Below, piece by piece: positions 37,297 through 41,796 of a DNA stretch of 41,796 nucleotides. Position 1 is the first letter of the stretch, and each line of letters starts with the position of its first letter. The notes below the pieces were generated by a model. That model worked only from the letters and a program-made list of their open reading frames with translations. It was not told the origin of the DNA and did no database searches. Location of the stretch: sequence record SRR2962707_2324. One strand, given 5' to 3'. Made by a program: the position numbers and the translations under genes.

Positions 37297-39666
37297 ATGC
37301 TCAGAAACTTCCTACTCCTCTCCTTCAGAAACCTGAAGAAAAACGGACTTTATTCAATCATCAATATTTCAGGACTTTCCATCGGAATTGTCTGTAGTGT
37401 ACTTATTCTCTTGTGGGTCGCTGATGAAGTCTCATTTGATAAATTCTTGCCTAAATACGATCGATTGTACCAGCTCTGGATCAGCTCAGAATTTGATGAT
37501 CGGGTCAACAATTGGCAATCCGTCCCTCTACCAACCTATGAGGAAATGAAAGTGATTGACAGCAACATCAAGAATTCAGTAGTAGCAGGTTGGGGAAGTC
37601 CGAGATTACTTAGCGCAGGAGATGTCAGAATCATAAAAGATGGGTACTATGTAAGTGAGGAGTTTTTGGAAATGTTTGAATTTCCCTTGGTTTCAGGCAC
37701 TCATGCTGAGGCATTGAAAGACCCAATGTCCATAGTCCTCTCCGAAACGCTGGCTAAAATCCTTTTTGGAGATGAAGATCCAATTGGTAAGCAGGTGCGG
37801 TTATCTGACGAGGGTACCTTACAGGTGACAGCTATTGTAAAAGATCTTCCTCAAAACTCAAGCTTCCAGTTTGACTATCTGGCTACCTGGAAATACAGAG
37901 AATCCGTCAATGAATGGGTTAGAAATAACAAGACCAATTGGGGGAATTATTCATTTCAGGTCTTTGTGGAACTCAATGATCCTACAAGAGAAAAGGATGT
38001 TGAAGAAAGCATCTTTAATCTTGCAATGGAGAAAGATGGAGAGCATGGCATGGAGAAGCACTACTTTCTTCATCCTATGAATAAATGGCGATTGTATTCC
38101 AATTTCAATGAAAAGGGAGAAGAAGCTGGTGGCCGAAGTGATTATGTACAACTATTCACTGCCATTGCAATTGTCATTCTCATCATTGCCTGCATCAACT
38201 TTATGAATTTGGCCACAGCCAGATCGGAGAAACGTGCCAAGGAAGTTGGTATCAAAAAGAGCCTTGGAACCAGTCGTCAGGGACTGATTTATCAATTTAT
38301 TGGTGAATCCATATTTATCACTTTTATCGCATTTCTTTTGGCGGTAATTCTAACAGAACTAGCCTTGCCAGCATATAACAACCTTGTTGACAAGCAACTT
38401 TCAATCAATTACTTGTCCCCAGTTTTCTGGCTATCCTCTTTTGGGATCATAGTAGTCCTTGGAGTCATCGCAGGAAGTTATCCAGCTTTCTACTTGTCTT
38501 CTTTCAAACCAGTGCAGACATTGAAGGGTACGATCAAGGTTGGAAAAGGAGCCACTACACCGAGAAAAGTGCTAGTCGTACTTCAATTTGGATTTTCAAT
38601 TGTATTGATGATTAGTACGATTGTGATTTTTCAGCAAATCAACCTGGTGAAGAATCGAGATCTTGGATACAAACAGGATCGATTGATTTCTGTTGAATTG
38701 ACAAATGATCTGAGGGATAATTATGATATTCTCAAGCAAGAGTTACTTCAGTCGGGAATGGTAGAGTCGCTGACCAGGGCGAATTCTCAGATTACACAGA
38801 TCAACTCCAACAATTTTCTCGGATGGCCAGGTAAACCTGATGATCGAAGGGTCATATTCACAACCATCACCTGTGAATACGATTACGCCGAAACCATGGG
38901 GATAGATGTCCTCATGGGAAGAGACTTTTCCAAAGAGTTTGTCAGTGATTCGAGCGCGATCGTCATAAACAAGGCAGCTCTGGATATCATGGGATTGGAA
39001 GATCCTATCGGGACCAACCTGGACCTTTGGGGTGATAAGCGCAAGTTGATTGGCGTGGTAGATAATGTATTGATGGGTTCTCCTTATGAACCGGTTAAGC
39101 CAATGTTTATGGTTCTGGATGACTGGGGCGGTTTCATTTCCATCCGGTTAAAGAACGACAATGATCTTCAGGCTACTCTGGATGGGCTCGAAACCATTTT
39201 CAACAAGCACAATCCTGCCTATCCGTTTGAATATCGATTTGCTGATGTAGAGTTTCAACGAAAATTTACCACCATTACCTTAACGAAGAAATTGGCCAGC
39301 TTATTTGCGGTATTGGCTTTCATCATAACTGGACTTGGTCTTTTCGGACTCGCCTCTTATACCGCTGAACAACGAATTAAGGAAATTGGTATTCGTAAAG
39401 TCCTTGGGGCCAGTATTTCAAGCTTGATGGGCTTGATGTCCAAAGATTTTGCCAAGCTGGTAATCTTTTCATTTGTGCTATCTGCTCCTTTGGCCTGGTA
39501 CCTTTTGGATCAATACCTGGATCGATACACCATAAGGGTTAATATCATGTGGTGGATCTTCCCAATTGTTGGATTGTTAGTACTAGGCTTTGCTATTGCA
39601 ATTGTTTCGGATCAGGCACGAAGAGCAGCTAAAGCGAACCCTGTGAAATCGCTACGTAGTGAATAG
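37297..39666 (+). CDS. MacB/FtsX-family duplicated ABC permease
   Basis: MLRNFLLLSFRNL; ACINFMNLATARSEKRAKEVG; TAEQRIKEIGIRKVLGAS; NPVKSLRSE. Confidence 0.93.
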   Translation: MLRNFLLLSFRNLKKNGLYSIINISGLSIGIVCSVLILLWVADEVSFDKFLPKYDRLYQLWISSEFDDRVNNWQSVPLPTYEEMKVIDSNIKNSVVAGWGSPRLLSAGDVRIIKDGYYVSEEFLEMFEFPLVSGTHAEALKDPMSIVLSETLAKILFGDEDPIGKQVRLSDEGTLQVTAIVKDLPQNSSFQFDYLATWKYRESVNEWVRNNKTNWGNYSFQVFVELNDPTREKDVEESIFNLAMEKDGEHGMEKHYFLHPMNKWRLYSNFNEKGEEAGGRSDYVQLFTAIAIVILIIACINFMNLATARSEKRAKEVGIKKSLGTSRQGLIYQFIGESIFITFIAFLLAVILTELALPAYNNLVDKQLSINYLSPVFWLSSFGIIVVLGVIAGSYPAFYLSSFKPVQTLKGTIKVGKGATTPRKVLVVLQFGFSIVLMISTIVIFQQINLVKNRDLGYKQDRLISVELTNDLRDNYDILKQELLQSGMVESLTRANSQITQINSNNFLGWPGKPDDRRVIFTTITCEYDYAETMGIDVLMGRDFSKEFVSDSSAIVINKAALDIMGLEDPIGTNLDLWGDKRKLIGVVDNVLMGSPYEPVKPMFMVLDDWGGFISIRLKNDNDLQATLDGLETIFNKHNPAYPFEYRFADVEFQRKFTTITLTKKLASLFAVLAFIITGLGLFGLASYTAEQRIKEIGIRKVLGASISSLMGLMSKDFAKLVIFSFVLSAPLAWYLLDQYLDRYTIRVNIMWWIFPIVGLLVLGFAIAIVSDQARRAAKANPVKSLRSE

Positions 39667-41028
39667 CTATTTTATGTAGACTGTTTTGATGTTGGTAAAT
39701 TCTTTGATACCGTGATGTGAAAGTTCCCGGCCAAAACCACTTTCCTTGATTCCACCGAATGGCAATCTTGGATCGGATTGAACCATGGCATTGACAAAGC
39801 ATGAACCGGCCTCCAATTTGGTAGCAGCAAGTTCTTCAGCACGTTCAATGTTTCGAGAAAAGATGGCTCCTCCTAAACCATAACTTGTATCATTAGCAAT
39901 CCGGAAAGCCTCTTCCTCATTGGCTACTGTAATTACTGTTGCAACAGGGCCAAATAACTCCTCCTCATAAGCAGGCATACCTTTTTTTACTTCAGTTAAA
40001 ATGGTTGGTGGATAGTAGTATCCCGTTCCTCCTGGAATCTCTCCTCCCAAAATGCATTTGGCTCCAGCCTCAATACTCCTTCTCACCTGATCATCCAGTT
40101 GATCCCGGTATTTCTTACCTACCAGAGGCCCCAGATCATTAGAAGGATCTTTCGGGTCTCCAAACTTGTATGAGCTCATCTCAGCAATCAATTTTTGCTC
40201 AAACTCCACCTGAATTGATTCCGGAATGATGAATCGCTTGGCACTGATGCAACTTTGTCCATTGTTTTTTAACCTGCTGGCAACACTTACTTTAATTGCT
40301 AAATCAATATCCGCATCCTCAAGCAAAATGTATGGGTCGCTCCCACCCAACTCCAGTACACATTTCTTCAAAACAGATCCTGCTTTGCTGGCTACTGCCT
40401 TACCTGCCCTTGTGCTCCCGGTAAGCGTTACTGCTTTTACATCTTTATGTTCAATGAGTTTCTCAGTCTGTTCAATCGAGATGAATAGATTTTTGAATAT
40501 TCCTTCCGGAAAGCCTGCTTTTCTGAATATTTGCTCAATAGCATTAGCTGAGCCAGGCACATTGGGTGCATGCTTCAATAAGGCTGCATTACCAGCCATT
40601 AATCCAGGTGCCGCAAATCGAAATACCTGCCAAAATGGATAATTCCATGGCATAATAGCGAGGACAATTCCAAGAGGTTGATAACTGACATAACTTTTTG
40701 ATGCATCTGTTTCTATCACTTCATCCTTAAGAAATGATACTGCATGCTCAGCATAATATTCACAAACCCATGCACACTTCACGATCTCAGCCTCACTGTC
40801 GCCAATCGTTTTCCCCATTTCTTCAGTCATCAGCATAGCCAAAGATTTGGAGTCTTCCCTGAGAACCTGAGCAGCGTTTCTCATTAATGTTGCCCGATGA
40901 GAGTATTCGGTATTCTTCCATGAATTGAAGACACCTTGTGTTTGTTCAACTATCTCCATCAAATCTTTGTCTGAATGATCCTGAAATTCTCTAAGGGGCT
41001 TTTCGGTTGCTGGGTTAATTGCCTGCAT
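39667..41028 (-). CDS. NAD(P)-dependent aldehyde dehydrogenase, succinate-semialdehyde dehydrogenase (Sad/GabD-like)
   Basis: AINPAT, IMPWNYPFWQVFRFAAP, LTGST, LELGGSD, NNGQSC, EELFGP, PFGGIKESGFGRE. ATG 41028. Confidence 0.92.
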   Translation of the reverse strand: MQAINPATEKPLREFQDHSDKDLMEIVEQTQGVFNSWKNTEYSHRATLMRNAAQVLREDSKSLAMLMTEEMGKTIGDSEAEIVKCAWVCEYYAEHAVSFLKDEVIETDASKSYVSYQPLGIVLAIMPWNYPFWQVFRFAAPGLMAGNAALLKHAPNVPGSANAIEQIFRKAGFPEGIFKNLFISIEQTEKLIEHKDVKAVTLTGSTRAGKAVASKAGSVLKKCVLELGGSDPYILLEDADIDLAIKVSVASRLKNNGQSCISAKRFIIPESIQVEFEQKLIAEMSSYKFGDPKDPSNDLGPLVGKKYRDQLDDQVRRSIEAGAKCILGGEIPGGTGYYYPPTILTEVKKGMPAYEEELFGPVATVITVANEEEAFRIANDTSYGLGGAIFSRNIERAEELAATKLEAGSCFVNAMVQSDPRLPFGGIKESGFGRELSHHGIKEFTNIKTVYIK

Positions 41029-41091
41029 AGCTATTATTTCCTTTATAAAGAACTTAAGAGTGTTTTCGTTCCAATCAGAATATGATTTCAT

Positions 41092-41118
41092 AAAAAAAGC
41101 GATCCACTTTGGATCGCT
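41092..41118 (-). terminator. Intrinsic terminator after the T9SS-substrate gene
   Basis: AGCGATCCA-ctt-TGGATCGCT stem with an A tract on the plus strand (T tract on minus). Confidence 0.78.
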
Positions 41119-41145
41119 CTTAGCATAGCCTAAGCTATTGCCGCC

Positions 41146-41796
41146 TTAGTTTGCCTTCACGACTTTCTCGCGAATAGTCCACAACTGATTGCTGATTTCG
41201 ATGATATAAATGCCTTTCTCAACATTTCTAAAATCAATTTTCTCCTGCCTGGATTTAAGTATCACCCTTCCATTCAGATCCAAAACAGTCACTTGCACTT
41301 GCTCCCGAGATTCGATCATTAAATAATCTTGAACAGGATTTGGATAGAATTTCAGATTAATCTGATCATCGACTGCAAGAGGTGGTTCAGTTACATCAAA
41401 CGTTAAGCTCGTTGATGCTGAATTGTAATTTGCATTACCTGCCTGAGTCACAATCACTTCTACTGACCCTGTAGCGCCATCAAGGGTAATAGTAGTACCT
41501 GAAATAGTAGCAGGACCAGTTACCTCATAAGTCAATTCCAAGTCACTAGTGGTACTAGCTACAACATCAAAGTTTGTATCTGTAATCAGCTTGTCCTCAA
41601 TTGCTGTGATGGTGATCACCTGATCGGCCTTATTCACAGTTAGTAATTGATCTACTGACTCAGCAGGATTGAATTCATCGTTCCCTGCCTGAATTGCTGT
41701 AATTGTCGTGGTACCAGCCCCAATTATAGTCAATGTGTTATCCACGATCGAAGCAACAGAAGGATCAGAACTTGTATAGGTAACCGACAAACTCGA
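41146..41796 (-). CDS. C-terminal part of a T9SS type-A sorting-domain protein with Ig-like repeats (5'-truncated by window edge)
   Basis: Two repeats ending QAGN..(F/Y)N.A; CTD FYPNPVQD.L..V.DLNGR..KGIYII..EKVVK. Frame is open to the window end. Confidence 0.9.
   Translation of the reverse strand, partial: SSLSVTYTSSDPSVASIVDNTLTIIGAGTTTITAIQAGNDEFNPAESVDQLLTVNKADQVITITAIEDKLITDTNFDVVASTTSDLELTYEVTGPATISGTTITLDGATGSVEVIVTQAGNANYNSASTSLTFDVTEPPLAVDDQINLKFYPNPVQDYLMIESREQVQVTVLDLNGRVILKSRQEKIDFRNVEKGIYIIEISNQLWTIREKVVKAN

Noticed and set aside
1124-40642. Many short ORFs in the six-frame track, antisense or out of frame within long genes (e.g. 10751-11128, 25753-26118, 40226-40642)
   Set aside because: They lie inside well-supported CDS and show no recognisable motifs; expected shadow ORFs.

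Overview
Gene-dense chromosomal window from a Bacteroidota bacterium, probably Cytophagales. This assignment is inferred from TAnnTTTG promoters, a T9SS C-terminal sorting domain, PadR plus 'prefix-domain' permeases and a BlaI/M56 pair. It holds 32 supported CDS, two of them cut by the window edges. Housekeeping genes include metG, typA, a tRNA m6A37 methyltransferase, an S4 protein, an HI0933 flavoprotein, a class IV aminotransferase, an SDR, an aldehyde dehydrogenase and an SSS symporter. Envelope and transport genes include five MacB/FtsX-type permeases with no ATPase, an adaptor-permease-TolC operon and an M61 peptidase. I saw no tRNA, rRNA, CRISPR array, integrase or transposase. The best leads are four. 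(1) An AT-rich divergent four-gene module between metG and typA: an unknown ORF coupled to a single-domain globin, opposite a sensor-less histidine kinase coupled to a TPR-TM-LuxR regulator, with no receiver domain. (2) A BlaR1/M56 protease whose C-terminus appears to be two tandem ExbD-like domains, under three phased palindromic operators. (3) A shortened GH2-like protein lacking the canonical catalytic motifs, preceded by a structured intergenic element. (4) A shared ECF-like promoter motif upstream of two permease loci. All family assignments come from motif recognition by eye; no searches were run.
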